Made by a program: the position numbers and the translations under genes. Positions 13,254-26,460 of a stretch of 55,595 bases of DNA are shown here, piece by piece. Each line of letters starts with the position of its first letter. The stretch's first letter is position 1. Under the pieces are notes generated by a model. That model was not told where the DNA came from and made no database searches. It saw only the letters and a list, made by a program, of their open reading frames with translations. Source of the stretch: Octopus sinensis (lineage: Eukaryota); contig NW_021834857.1 in NCBI RefSeq assembly GCF_006345805.1, positions 1-55,595 on the forward strand, read 5' to 3'.

Positions 13254-14779
13254 TCTGCTATATACATCATCTCCAGCCTTACCACTTGCTCCTACAGCGC
13301 ACCAATGGTGAGAGTTGAACAACTTACCAGTTGGCAATGATATCTTCAAATTTCTTGTTATTTTATTACAAAATACGGCAGACGCACTGGATAATGTAGT
13401 CCTAGATACACTCTGCCTGAAATACGATGAGATGGCCTTAACTTGATTTGTTGTTTAGACCTCTGACTTACACAACATCTCATCAGCTTAATAAACTCTC
13501 ATCACTGGAGGCAACCCCAAGGCATACAACTCGCATAGGTCCTTAAGCTTACTATATAAGCTCAATTAAAAAGCAGAAAAGCATCAAGAAAATGTAAATG
13601 GCATCAGAAACCTTTACTCCGATCCTGTAAAGACGAAAAAATTTTTCTCACTCACAAACATCTGAAAGAAATTATATTATAATTGCTAAATCATCAGAAT
13701 GTAAAAACTTAGCAAAATTATATTAATTCCAGAATTTAACAAAAGAAGGATCCACACATATCGATCACTTTTTAAAAAAAAATATCCCTAATTGTATCAA
13801 CCGAAAGTGTTGTTCCAAGTTGTGGTAAACTCGGAGTATTATACTCGATCGACACTTTACTCACATATCTTACAACAGTATAAAATCTCAATGAGACCAC
13901 TGTACTTGCAGCATCTGCAAGATCCGTGTGCCACGCGTTCATCCTTTTCCACTTACACCATCTCACTCCGCTACAAACACATACAAAGAACCTCTAACAG
14001 AGATGACGTCACTGTCGCCTACTTCCGTCATTCCACAGTCACTACTGCACGATTGTTTCGACCAACCCAACGTCAACCATCCTGAAATGGGATCCCAAAT
14101 AATACACTAAATGTATACAATCTACGATCTCTCAGCGGAAATGAATCTAGCGATTGCGTGACTCACTAGAAATAGCAGTTAAATCACATTCTATTCTTCA
14201 CCCTACCAAACTGCAACTAACAGTATCAGCAAAAGCAGTCATACACTACAAACCTGTCAGCCAAAAGATCTTCTAGGCTAAAATAACATCACAACGACGA
14301 AGCTAACATCTTGGCCCTAATTCGCAACATTATCCCTCCCCTAGCAAAACAGCAATTGACAAAGGGTGATACGACAGGGCCCAGGTGATGTCGATGCAAA
14401 GGAATCTGTAGTGTGTGCGCTAACTGTAAGCGAACCTGCATCTGTAGATATGTGTATAATGCAAGTGAGTCATGCAAAATGCACGCTTACACTAGTATGT
14501 CTGTGAGAAAGGAGCAGAATGTGAGCTGACAATGGATGGGCTGAGGGGAGCAGAACAAATAACATTAATATTTTGCCAAATAGATATGGTTTAGTTTCGT
14601 ATTACCACGTGCTCAAAAATAAATGCTGGGTTGGTAGGATCAAGTCTGTTGATGATCGCTGGATTCATGTCAATGTGTATGCAAGTGTATGTGATAATGT
14701 TGCTGCTGTTGTTGTGTGTGTGTGGTGTGTGTGTGTGTGTGGTGTGTGTGTGTGCGTGTGCGTGTGTGTGTGTGTGTGT

Positions 14780-14823
<44 letters not shown>

Positions 14824-17359
14824 CGTGTGTGTGAAAGAAACCCACACTGAATGCGTAGTAAATCAACCGGAGACAAAAAGAAACATGTTACGGAGTTTTC
14901 AAGTAAGAAAAGACAGATTCGGAACGGTTAAGAAATTGAAAAGATTAATTACAATTTTGAAAAGAAAAAAAAACACGGGTCTGTTTGTAAGAAGGATTGA
15001 CAGGATATAAAACTAATCCAAGACGTTTACAGGAATCACAGCCGGAATTTTGGTGTTTCTTAAGAGAAATAGTAATTCCATTTGCCGTATTTTCTTGTCT
15101 TGGAGTCATCTTGTGTAAGAGATGGCGGTAGTACTGTGTCGCCTTTGATGAAGGTTCCGCTGCATCGTTTGCTTACTGTTAATTCGCATTGAAGCGAAGC
15201 AGAAACGGGGCGAAAGCTGGCCCCTAAAATCCCCGTGGGGAAAAAAAAACAAAAAAAAATCAGTGAGTTGAGTTGACAGCTAAAAACAGTTTGAAGGAGA
15301 TATCCAACTGAGAACAATTTTGGAAGACATAAAACAGTTAATAAATCACGTGACGGTCATCTGTGTAAAGAAATGAAACTAGGTAATGTAACAATACGTT
15401 TACTAAAAAGAATATGTACTTTATAAGAATAATGTTGGTTGGATTGTTTTCGAGTGACAAAGTGTAGAGAATGTCGGTGGCTGAAATACAAGGAATTGAA
15501 AGACTGATCAAAGAAACAACAAGAACAAATTCTAATGTTTAGCTCATATTTCTTTAGACACCAACAAAAAATATACCTCTTCTAATCATGTTGGTAAAGT
15601 AATGTAATGCTAATTATATAGCGTGCAGTTTTGATAGAATAGATTAAAAAATGGTAGAGATTCAGTCGAGGGCATTTTCAAATCTTTATTGAGGATATTT
15701 AAATCAAATCTTGCATAAGTGTGTTTGTGAATTTATATAAACATCATAATCGTGTTTTAATATGTCATTTGGGAAATGTATCGAAAGTTTTCGTGCCAGT
15801 GGAATAAATCGTAAAGTCAAACAAATGCAAGCTGATATTTAAACTGGTAGAAGTTATTGTGTTACGTCTAAAACAAAAAGATGGTCTGTAACCATGCGAG
15901 AGAAGGAGAGAGAGAGAGAGAAGGAGAGAGAGAGAGAAAGAGGAAGAGAGAGGAGACAAGACAGAATAAGATGAGTGAGACCAAACAACCAGGTTGAGAA
16001 AGAAAGAAACCCGTCTCGTGTCCAGCGATTGATCCAAGACAACGAAATCCCGAAAATGATTCAATAGCTTACTAGTTTGCCAACCAAAAATTCTGATTGG
16101 TTTAAATAACACACGTGACATGTGTGTTATCTAAACTTGAAACTAACATGTCTAATTGAATAGTTACACACCCAGACACACATCTCTGCGTGTCCATCTA
16201 TTTCTTGAACTATTGTTCTTAGACTCAACTCCAAACTCTACATAATTACAAGTTTCTTGTTACAGAACATGTAGCCACTCTGTGCGTGTGTGTCTGTGTG
16301 TGTGCGCTTACGATATATGATATATATGTTATACAAACACACACACACACACACGCACAGTCATATAGATAGATATAGACATGTATATGCATATATATAT
16401 ACACACACACACATGTACATACACACATATATATATACATATACATACATATATACATATATATACATATATAATATATATATATATACATATATGTATG
16501 TATGTATGTATGTGCATACAAACGTATCCACACATCCATAAATTCAGTCATACATAACCCCAATACGTTTGTGTGTGTGTGTGTGTGTGTGTATGTTTAC
16601 AAGACAAATATTGCTGTGAGGCTGTCCCCTAGCAACAGAACTATCCAGAACATTTTCCGTGTTAAGATGGACAAAGGTGGTTGTGTCGACATCGTCGTTG
16701 TCGACGTTGTTGTTGTTATTGTTTTTGGTGGTTGTGGTGGAGGTGGTGGTGGTGGGGATGATGGTTGTGGTGGTATGATGGAGGTGTTGACGGTGTAGTG
16801 GTGGTGGTGGTAGGATGGAGATGTCGGCGGTGTAATGATAGTGGTAGCGGTGACAGTACTGTTATTATAGTTGGTGGTGGTGGTAGTCATGGTTAGAGCG
16901 GCAGTAGTGATGCTGAGGTAGTTGTGGCAGCATGATGTACCGTGGAATAAAGGGGAGATATTTCAATTTCAAATCTCGCTACGACGGTTCCACTCTATTT
17001 CATCCATCATTCAGCGAGGCATGAACATCACAACAGCTGTTCCAAGAGAAGTGAGACCTGAAGGACGCTTGATATCAGTTTCTCTTCACTTGTCTCATAA
17101 CAACGGATGAACATCACAGCATCACACAAATATGAAACTCTGAGTCAATAGCAGCCAAATCTGTCGTAAGCAGACGTCTTTAAATAACAACCAAGTATTA
17201 TTGTGATAAACTGCCTGAAATGACAGGATGGCCCGTGTCTTCGCGACTCGGGCTGACTTGAGACTAAATGATTAAACGTGACAAATGATATCATGAGGAT
17301 GAAAAAGGAACTCCGAGGAAAGTATTCTATGATTAATGACCAGGTATACTCAGCCAACA

Positions 17360-18000
17360 AGGAAATAAGAGGGGAAATACTTCCAGTTTGTCAGCAGGTC
17401 AGAGTATCAGCCTTCTTGGACCAACAACGGAGATACTAGTTTCACTTTGGTGGAGAAGATTTTACAATAAAGGAATAAGAATTAACAAAATGGAGAAAAG
17501 GGATACAGATGATCGCTGTAGGATTAACATGGAAGATAATCCAGCTTATTGATAACTGTCTAAAAGGTGTCATCGCCTAAATACCTACCTGTGAGACATG
17601 ATGCCGCGACCAAAATACTGCAGAATCCAATCCATCGGGAGGATCGTCCTGAAGATGAAAATATCCGAAGCTGCTGTGACATAGGGGTCTTGGGTCGCAA
17701 TCAACTCTGAAAGAATACTGGTGGAGAATAGTCCTGTTAAAATTTCGGTAAAATCTAGGCATAGCAGACCTAAAAAAATGATCTGGGACAATCAAATTGG
17801 CCAATAGGTATCAGTGTTAAAGATAAGTGAAAAATAAAACATTTCTGTTGAATTAACGAGAAATCTGTAAAAACTACAACTAGAATATAAGATTTATACC
17901 TGTAATTATCTGGGCTCTGGGTTGTGTAACTAACTAACTCAGCACCAAAGTTGGGGTGCTGACTGATTCTGTTGCCAGAAAGCTTGGCAGTAAGAGCAAC
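17360..18000 (+). mobile_element. Decayed RLE-type (R4/Dong-like) LINE C-terminal fragment
   Basis: KYLPVRHDAATKIL (RHD motif after the zinc knuckle), EYWW, KSRHSRP..MIWD (RPD-like), and RFIPVIIWALG further downstream. Many indels. Confidence 0.6.
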
Positions 18001-18934
18001 ATTGATAACCAAAATCTAAGATCAACAAGCAGGGTATTAACTTTCAGGGTAGAAAGGGATTTTTGGAATGCGGAGTTAGTTTACATCCGAATAGACTGTT
18101 GCGATGGTTACTTACGTCAGTATAGAAGGCTCGGTTGCTATAGTTACTTTTCAATGTTTAAATTTCACATTTACCATTCATCTCTGTAATACGTGCAATT
18201 CGCTCCTCTTAAACTAAATTTGGTGGTCGACATAAACTGTTGCTTGTTGTAGCATCACCTGATTTTGAACTGGTTTTAAGGGACACTTTTGGACCTGGCC
18301 TCCGTTTTCAGAATAACCTCCTTCCTCCTCTCTTTCTTTCTTTCTTTCTTCCCTCTCTCTGCTCCTTCCATGCCTCCCTAACTGATAAATAAACGTTATT
18401 GTCGGATGAGTTCGAATCCCAGGGAAGCAAAAGTTGAGCAGCTTTCACTGGGTTAATTTCCAGCAGAAAGTAAATCACTCATGTTGTTAATGTTTTATGG
18501 GAAAGGCATCAATGTTGCGACATCACATCCCCCACTCACACCGTCGTCTCCCCCACAATAAAAGAACCATTACAGATCTTGGCAGGTAGGGTGGGTGGGT
18601 GGATGATGTCCAGAAAAGGATCAACATCACAACATCACACCTCACCCTATGAAACATTACATTGATTTAATGAGTTCCTCGCGATTAAGAACTGATCCAG
18701 CAGTGTGTCACTCGGGAGACATTACGGACCGGGTTCAATTCTCCGTGAGAGCCATTCAAACAGACGGCCTCGGAGAAACCATGAACGTCGAGGAATCATA
18801 TCACAGAAATAGGAGAAAACCGGAAGTGATGAGGAGTGACCAGCCTAGGGCTAAACAACAACAACAACTACTACCACTACTACTACTACTACAACTTGTG
18901 TTTACTATCGATGTTATTGTTTTTGTTGTTGATT

Positions 18935-18976
<42 letters not shown>

Positions 18977-19829
18977 TTGTACTTGTTGTTGTTGATATCG
19001 TAATGTTATCGATGTTGCTATAGTTACAGCTGATATTGTTGTCACTGCTCCCGTTGTTGTTCTTGTTATTGGCATTGTTGTTGTTGGTGGTGGTGCTGCT
19101 TTTTCTGTCACCCCCACCCCTTCCACTCTCCTACATCTTCTCCCTCTGCCCCTCCCCCTTTGCATCAGTCTATAAACAAAAACGTCAACCCACCCACACA
19201 CCCACCCACCCACACACCCACCCACCCACACGCCGGGCAGCTGCCACGCCTTTTATACAATTACAAACCATCGCTACCACAGCCACAACCACAACTGCCA
19301 CCGCGCCACCGCCCCACTACCACGGTCCTACACAAATATCAAGACCACTATCTCCACTACAACAGCATCACCACCATCAGCACCACCCACCACCCTACAA
19401 CTATTACCTATACACAAGCCCCATGGCCAAGAACGCCACCCCACCGGCACCACCACCACCACCACCACCACCATCACCAAGGCACAGCTACATCACAGAC
19501 CCACCACCGCCATCCCCCAGCCCGCTCCCTACTTCTACATTACCACCACCGCCATCGTCAGCCCCAGTGCCCCCCCCCCACATGCACCCCGTCGCCACCA
19601 CCAGCAGACCCTCCCCCACCACCAACGCCACCAATCACAAGAAATAGGAAATTGTGTTGATTTGATAACATCAACTGAAGTTTTTATTGATAGATTTCAA
19701 CTGACTGCCCTTTGATGGATCGCTACGCACACAGACACGAACCGTCAAACACACACACACCACACACGCACATGCACACATATATATAGAAAGGTATACA
19801 TATATGCGTGCATATATACATATACATAC

Positions 19830-19968
19830 ATCTCTATATCTATATCTATATCTACATCTATCTATCTATCTATCTATCTCTATCTATCTTATCTATCTAT
19901 CTATCTATCTATCTACTATCTATCTCTATCTATCTATCATCTATCTACATCTATCTATCTATCTATCC

Positions 19969-20002
<34 letters not shown>

Positions 20003-20105
20003 ATCTATCTTCTATCTATCTATCTATCTATCTTTCTATCTATCTATCTATCTATCTATCTCTATCTATTCTATCTATCTATCTATCTCTATCTTCTCTA
20101 TCTAT
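19830..20105. repeat. (TCTA)n/(TC)n compound microsatellite
   Basis: Direct inspection. Confidence 0.9.
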
Positions 20106-20122
20106 ATATATATATTTATATA

Positions 20123-20168
<46 letters not shown>

Positions 20169-20203
20169 ATAAAACCATAGATACGCACACACACACACCG
20201 CGC

Positions 20204-20277
<74 letters not shown>

Positions 20278-20474
20278 GTATATTATATATATTGTATGTA
20301 TGTATGTACGTATGTATGTATGTGTTGTGCGTATATGTACATAGCTGTATGTCCGCCTATTGATTTTCCGACGTCATTGCTTTCCTCCCCGTTATCAAGC
20401 AGCCAAATGTCAGTCGCCATTAAAGATGCAACAACACCAACAACAATAACAAACTTCCTACTAAAGATATGACA

Positions 20475-20511
<37 letters not shown>

Positions 20512-20841
20512 GTCATCATCATCATCATCATCTCGAAACCCCAACATCAATAACAACAGCATTAATATGAATCAGGAACTTCATAACATTTAGCAATGAG
20601 AGCTAAATATTATATATACGCACACATATACACATGCACAAACATCCCCCACGCACACATACACGCATGTATACACATATGTACATGTATGTTTATATAC
20701 ACATAAATATCTCTATGTGTGTGTATACACATATGTATATGTATATGCATGTGTATATATATATATATATAATATATATATATATATATCGATATATATA
20801 ATAATATATATAATATATATGTGTGTGTGTGTGTGTGTGTA

Positions 20842-20872
<31 letters not shown>

Positions 20873-22521
20873 CTTGTCAATGTAGGGCAGAGTGTGTTTT
20901 ATTTGTTGTGCCGTGCATTTAGACGGTGGTGGGGGTAAAGCTCGGAGGGCGGCGGCGACTGGCGAAAGTTTTTTTTTAGCAGATAGTTACATGCATATAT
21001 GTACACGCGCACACACACATACATATACACACAAATACATATACATACATGCACACGTATATATACAGACAAGCATGTATATAATGCACTCGCGCATACG
21101 CATACACATATGTGCACAACTCAATCATGCACATGTGTGTATACATCCTCTTTAAACGCAACATCAAACGTCAGCGTAGAGGGAATGATATATACACACC
21201 CACACACGCATACACCCACGCGTCCATTTAAACAAACGCACACGCATATATATATATGGCCAAGCACAGACATGCAAGCAACCACATACAAAGACACTCA
21301 CGCACACATATACACACAAACATACACGCACACACCCACTCACATGCATGCACAAACACTCGCACACAGGTAACCAACACGCACTTACACACAGATAGGG
21401 AGAATTGACAATTTTCTGTAACCATGGTTTCAAGCTTCGAAAACGGAAGTAACGTCGGAAGGCCATGGGTTCCTGACAGATGAACGAGCAATGCATTGTG
21501 GGAAGGAAGTCATTTGTTGATCAGAGCATGTTGTTGTAGAGAAAGACAAACAGGATAACCTTTCTGGACATCACCCCATGGGGCCATCATTACCCGGAGG
21601 GGTATTTCATAGTGTCAGGTATTATGCCCCCTCCCCACCCCACTGTTCTCACCCCTTCCCCCCTTTCAACCGTTCACTCAGCAGCGGTCATGGGGGTGGG
21701 GCGAAGAAAATGGTGGACTTTGCGAGGAGGGTGCGTTGAGCATCACCATCAGCATAAACACTGCCATTACCAGCATCACCCTCCGCCTTCTCCTCTTCCT
21801 CCTCCTCCTCCTTCTCCTCCTTCTCATCATCATCATCATCATCACCAACAGCAACGAGAATATAAACGAATCTCAACACCAGAAACAGCAACAACAAAAG
21901 TTACAATTAAATCGACAACAACAAAGCCACGAAGGGCAAACAATGGGCGAATCCTTCGTACTTTGAAAGACACTCGGAGTACACGGTTTCAATCCTCGCG
22001 GGCAGCGGCTGAGTTTATAACTTGAAGGATAAATGAAATTTCGACACAAAGGAGTACTCGTTTAATTAAATGTTACAGTGAGAACCAATAGTGAGTACCT
22101 GCAAGTACTCTTGGTATGGCTATACTGAGTAAGATTCTACTCGACATTGATATTCATGAAAAACGTAAGGCAGGTTAAGGGGTTCAACTGGAGGAGGGAT
22201 CACCAAGAATATTGTTCTTTTCAGCAATGACAACAACATCAACAACAAGCTGACCTAGTGACAATGGCATTGTTACACTCGGATAAGGAGTCTTACATCC
22301 AATGCCATCTACCGGAGGAACCATTAATGCTAAAATGGTATTCGGAAGTTTATACAACTGACACCGTACTATGAATTTGATCTGAGTGTGGAATTAGTAA
22401 ACGCATTGCTTAATGTAGTCCTAGATATACTATGCTCATGAGAAGGCGGAGACTACCACAGACAGTTTTTATCATGGGCCTGCTCAACTGGGCAGACCTA
22501 GGGCTGAACAACAACAATAAG

Positions 22522-22889
22522 TGTTTACAGGAAGTTGTTGCAGTGGTTTATAGTACCCGGATGTTTACATGTGCAAGCTTTCTCTGAACGACCAATATTT
22601 GGATGGTAACCGGAAGTAAACAAGTAATGTGTGGTACCGGAAGTTTGTATATGGATGCTACTTTACTACCCGGAAGTTGACTTGTTGGGTGTTGATGCCA
22701 CATGGATTGTACCGGAAGATGATCCACCGTTGGACATTACATGAACGCGTGGTGATTTCCATACGATGATGCAGTGGCTATGATGCTTGTTTTGTAGAAC
22801 GAAGATATTGACAGTTTTATAGTACAAACGCCAACAGGAATATAGTCAGTTGATGACAACGGAAGTATCAGTCTTACACAACCGGAAGT
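22522..22889 (+). promoter_or_regulatory. Homotypic cluster of ETS-type CCGGAAGT motifs with interleaved forkhead-type TGTTTAC/GTAAACA motifs
   Basis: CCGGAAGT at 22610, 22637, 22670 and 22882; CAGGAAGT 22528; CCGGATGT 22557; CCGGAAGA 22712; ACGGAAGT 22859. All on the + strand. Function is inferred only. Confidence 0.4.
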
Positions 22890-22910
22890 ACAACTATTTC
22901 GGAATATAAG
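22798..22910 (+). other. Candidate non-coding exon
   Basis: Acceptor gcttgttttgtag| at 22797 and donor aag|gtaaga at 22910. Stops in all three frames. Confidence 0.25.
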
Positions 22911-22924
22911 GTAAGAAAGCGGTC

Positions 22925-23032
<108 letters not shown>

Positions 23033-23148
23033 CCTTCCTATCTGGGGGAGAGGGGAATAGTTAATTACATCGATGCCCGTGTTTCACTGGTTGGTCGTCA
23101 ATTTATCGACCCTGAAAGGATTAAGGACAAAATCGACCTCGGCGGAAT
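23033..23148. mobile_element. SINE-like fragment between (AAT)n tracts
   Basis: ttacatcgatgccc...aatttatcgaccctgaaaggattaaggacaaaatcgacctcggcggaat resembles a common cephalopod SINE segment (recalled, not searched). Confidence 0.55.
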
Positions 23149-23216
23149 AATAATAATAATAAATAATAATAATAATAACAGTAGTAGTAGTAGTAGTAGT
23201 TGTGGTTGTTGTTGTT

Positions 23217-23267
<51 letters not shown>

Positions 23268-23433
23268 ATTTCCAACCACATCAACAACAATAATCACAGA
23301 AGCAGTAAATACAGCAACAACTCCAACCACGGTTATTAACATTACAAAACAACAGTCAGAACAGATTCTCCTATGAAATATCAACATTAGAGACAACAGA
23401 TGTTCAGCTGATTGTCTTTTTTACACCTTTGTG

Positions 23434-23478
<45 letters not shown>

Positions 23479-23959
23479 TTGGTGTTGGAGGTGGTTTTGG
23501 TTGATGGCAGCGGCGGTGGTGGTGGTGGTGGTGGTGTGGTGGCTGGTGGTGCTGGTAATTGTTCCGATGATGTTTTTATGATTGTTAACAAAATAGAGAA
23601 GTTATTTTTTAGTTGTGATCTGGAATTATTGCTGCTGCTGTTGTTGTTGCTGTTGTTGTTGTCGGTGTTTTGTTGTTGTTGACCTCGCCGTCGTTGTTTC
23701 TAAACTCGTTTCCAAGGTAAAAATCGCAAAACAAACATTTGAAATTTAAGGAATCCAAACTGGGGTTTAGTGGTGTTTTCGCTTCCCAAGGAGAATGCAC
23801 AAGTCCAGCTTGGCTAACATGTTTATTAAGCGTGACAGAAATGGGTGAATTGATGTTTCTTTCCAGGTGAAAATTGCTTCACTTCAAATTGGATGCAGTT
23901 GAAAAATAGGAAAAAGAATAGGTCTAATACGAAATTCAACCCCTGTTAATTAATACGAC

Positions 23960-24087
23960 ATACATCACATATATATATATATATATTATATATATACATA
24001 GAGAGTATATATATATATCATATATATATATATATATATGATATATTAGTAATATATATATAAGTATATATATTGTAGTATACATAC

Positions 24088-24121
<34 letters not shown>

Positions 24122-24532
24122 ACTTATACTTTATATATATATATAATATATATATAATATATATAATATTATACTTGTATATATATATATTATATATATA
24201 TATAATTTATATATATAAGTATATATATGTAGTATACATATATAATATTATATGTATAGATATATATGTATGATTATATATATACTTGTATTTATATATA
24301 TATAATTTCATTATATAATATATCTATATATATTAATATTTATAGATTACCCTATGATATTATAGCATGATATAATTATTTATATATATATATATAGGCA
24401 TATATATATATATAAGTATATTATGTATGTAGTTGAATATATTTTTAAATATATAGAATATATATATTATATATATATATATATATAATATATATATATA
24501 TTATATATACTTACTTATATATATATATATAT
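23960..24532. repeat. Degenerate (AT)n-derived tract
   Basis: About 570 bp of almost exclusively A/T alternation with interruptions. Confidence 0.9.
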
Positions 24533-24534
24533 TT

Positions 24535-24835
24535 CCTCGTGTTTCTTTCATTGAAGAGTGTAGGCTCGAAACCTCAAAAACTTTTCACCTTCCCGAGCGT
24601 CTACCTAATATATCAGTTTGTTGTTTAATACACCTGTCTTCGTCTTTTGTTTTTCTAAAAATTTCGAGAGTAGAAAAACAGTCAACAACTGATGAAGGGT
24701 CGTTCTTTATGTTGTTTCTCTTGTTTTCTATTTGTGTCTTTCGTTGTTCGAAAGAATAGTTCATATTCCATGTACTCGTACTTCGTATTTTTGTTGTTGT
24801 TGTACACTCTTCATGACGCCCTGTGCCCACATATG
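24535..24835 (+). mobile_element. Composite of pLTR-like families P1 (24535-24670) and P2 (24670-24835)
   Basis: ttgaagagtgtaggctcgaaacctc (degenerate P1 motif), then caactgatgaagggtcgttctttatg. Flanked by (AT)n. Confidence 0.6.
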
Positions 24836-24944
24836 CATATATATATATTACGTATAGTTATAAGTATGTACATATATATGTATATATGCATAATATATAT
24901 ATATATATATATATAAATATATTATATATATATTATATATATAT

Positions 24945-24994
<50 letters not shown>

Positions 24995-25022
24995 ATATAT
25001 ATATTTATATTATATATATATC

Positions 25023-25053
<31 letters not shown>

Positions 25054-25236
25054 AAACATACAGATGTATATATATTCATCAGCAACCATTTGTGTGTGTG
25101 TGTATAAATACATACATATATCATTCAAATATATATGACTAGATATGCAAAAATATGCATACATAAAACATACAAATCTGCACATACATACATACATAAA
25201 TACATACATACATACATCATACATACATACATAGAA

Positions 25237-25455
25237 GAGGGGATGATGAAAAGTTCCTGGCTTTAAATGTACCACGTGAGGCCTGGTTCGGGGCCCAACT
25301 TTCCGAGTTCTTTTACAGGGCTTAGAAACACTGAAGGACCGCTGCAATAAGTGTGTGAATCTGAGGGGAGGGGAATATGGTGATTGAAATTCATAATTAA
25401 CTGATCCTCCTGAATTTTCTTTTACCCAAAGTCAGGGAATTTTCGGCTCCCCCTC
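25237..25455 (+). mobile_element. mariner-derived MITE
   Basis: Imperfect TIRs gaggggatgatgaaaagttcctggcttt / aaagtcagggaattttcggctccccctc. Internal remnant GLETLKDRCNKCVNLRG resembles the mariner transposase C-terminus. Confidence 0.7.
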
Positions 25456-25619
25456 CTCTTTGTGTGTATGTGTGTGTGTGTGTGTGTTGAAAAAGGTAAG
25501 CAAATAATGTTTTATTGGGAACAACCGAACGCTTCCAGGTGGACAGCATTCATTGCAGAGAAGTTCTTTGATGGATCTCAACAATAATAGATACAATAAA
25601 GTGTGTGTGTGTGTGTGAT

Positions 25620-26460
25620 TATAGTTCAGGTTTTCCGCGTTATAGGTGAGATTGGACTTGACTTTGAAGGTTTGGTCATCTTTGAATTTAAATTCTGGCC
25701 CTTCAATTAGGGAACGGCAAGTGCCACAGTCTGTGCTCCCTCATTTTGTGACCGTTGGGTTGGAAGTTTCTCTGTGCCTTTTTGCTTCACTGAGAATGAG
25801 TTTTAGTGTTTGGGGCTGCCCTCTGCTTTTGATGATTTGTTGTTTTTCTAAGATTTTTCTGCAAATAAGATGGGGAGGTTTTTGTGGATGTGATAAAATA
25901 TTTCGGTGTTCCTGAGATTGAAGGTTGACATGAATGCCAAGACATTTTCCCTTCTTTTGTGTTTTGTTTTCCTAAGCTCATTGATATCCATTTGTTTCGC
26001 CTTCTTTATTCCGTTGGTGATTCTGCAAAGAGGAAAAGTTCTTTGGATAAGTGTATCCTCCACTTCCTCTCGTCTTTGTTTACGTTTGGATGAATCTGGT
26101 ACTAGGGTACAAATTTGTTTTGCCAGGCTGAAGGGAATGCTGAGTTTGGTGTGTTTCGGGTGACATGATGTGAAAAGACTGTTTGGGGTCGGTGGGTTTG
26201 TGGAATATATCCGTTTCTATTTTCCCATCTTGGTTTTTGATTAGGATATCCAGAAAGGTAAATTCTTTTGGGGTTAAACTCCATTGTGAATTGGATGCTA
26301 TTGCTGAGGTTGAATTCAGTTAACTTGTCAATATTTTCCTGCCATAAAATAAAGCAATCATCCAGGTATCTTTTCCAATTGTTCCTGAGTTATGTATGAA
26401 ACGTGTCAGCAAATATTAGAAGAGATTGGTCGTGGATCTTTTGTGCCTTGGTAGGAACAC
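25620..26460 (-). mobile_element. Penelope-like element reverse transcriptase, thumb and Cys-rich linker (decayed)
   Basis: NWKRYLDDCFILW (YLDD at 26368-26357), SIQFTME, TFLDILIKNQDGKIETDIFHKPTD, then K*GSTDCGTC and FKVKSNLTYNAENLNY leading toward the GIY-YIG domain. Frameshifts present. Confidence 0.85.

Noticed and set aside
13298-13307. Possible micro-exon (ctcctacag|cgcaccaatg|gtgaga)
   Set aside because: 10 nt is frame-shifting and no host gene is evident; such matches arise by chance.
19036-19647. 203-aa Pro/His/Thr-rich ORF resembling a transcription-factor low-complexity region
   Set aside because: Built from degenerate CCA/CAC repeats like others in the window. It starts at a non-ATG codon, has no convincing splice sites and no folded domain.
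21580-21628. Resemblance to a miR-8/miR-200 precursor (catcattacccgg...gtgtcaggtattatg)
   Set aside because: The miR-8 seed AATACTG is absent and the hairpin pairs poorly.
22660-22910. Cadherin-like reading (WIVPEDDPP; TGI*SVDDNGSISL)
   Set aside because: The pieces are in different frames with stops, and the calcium-binding motifs (DxD, LDRE, DxNDN) are missing.
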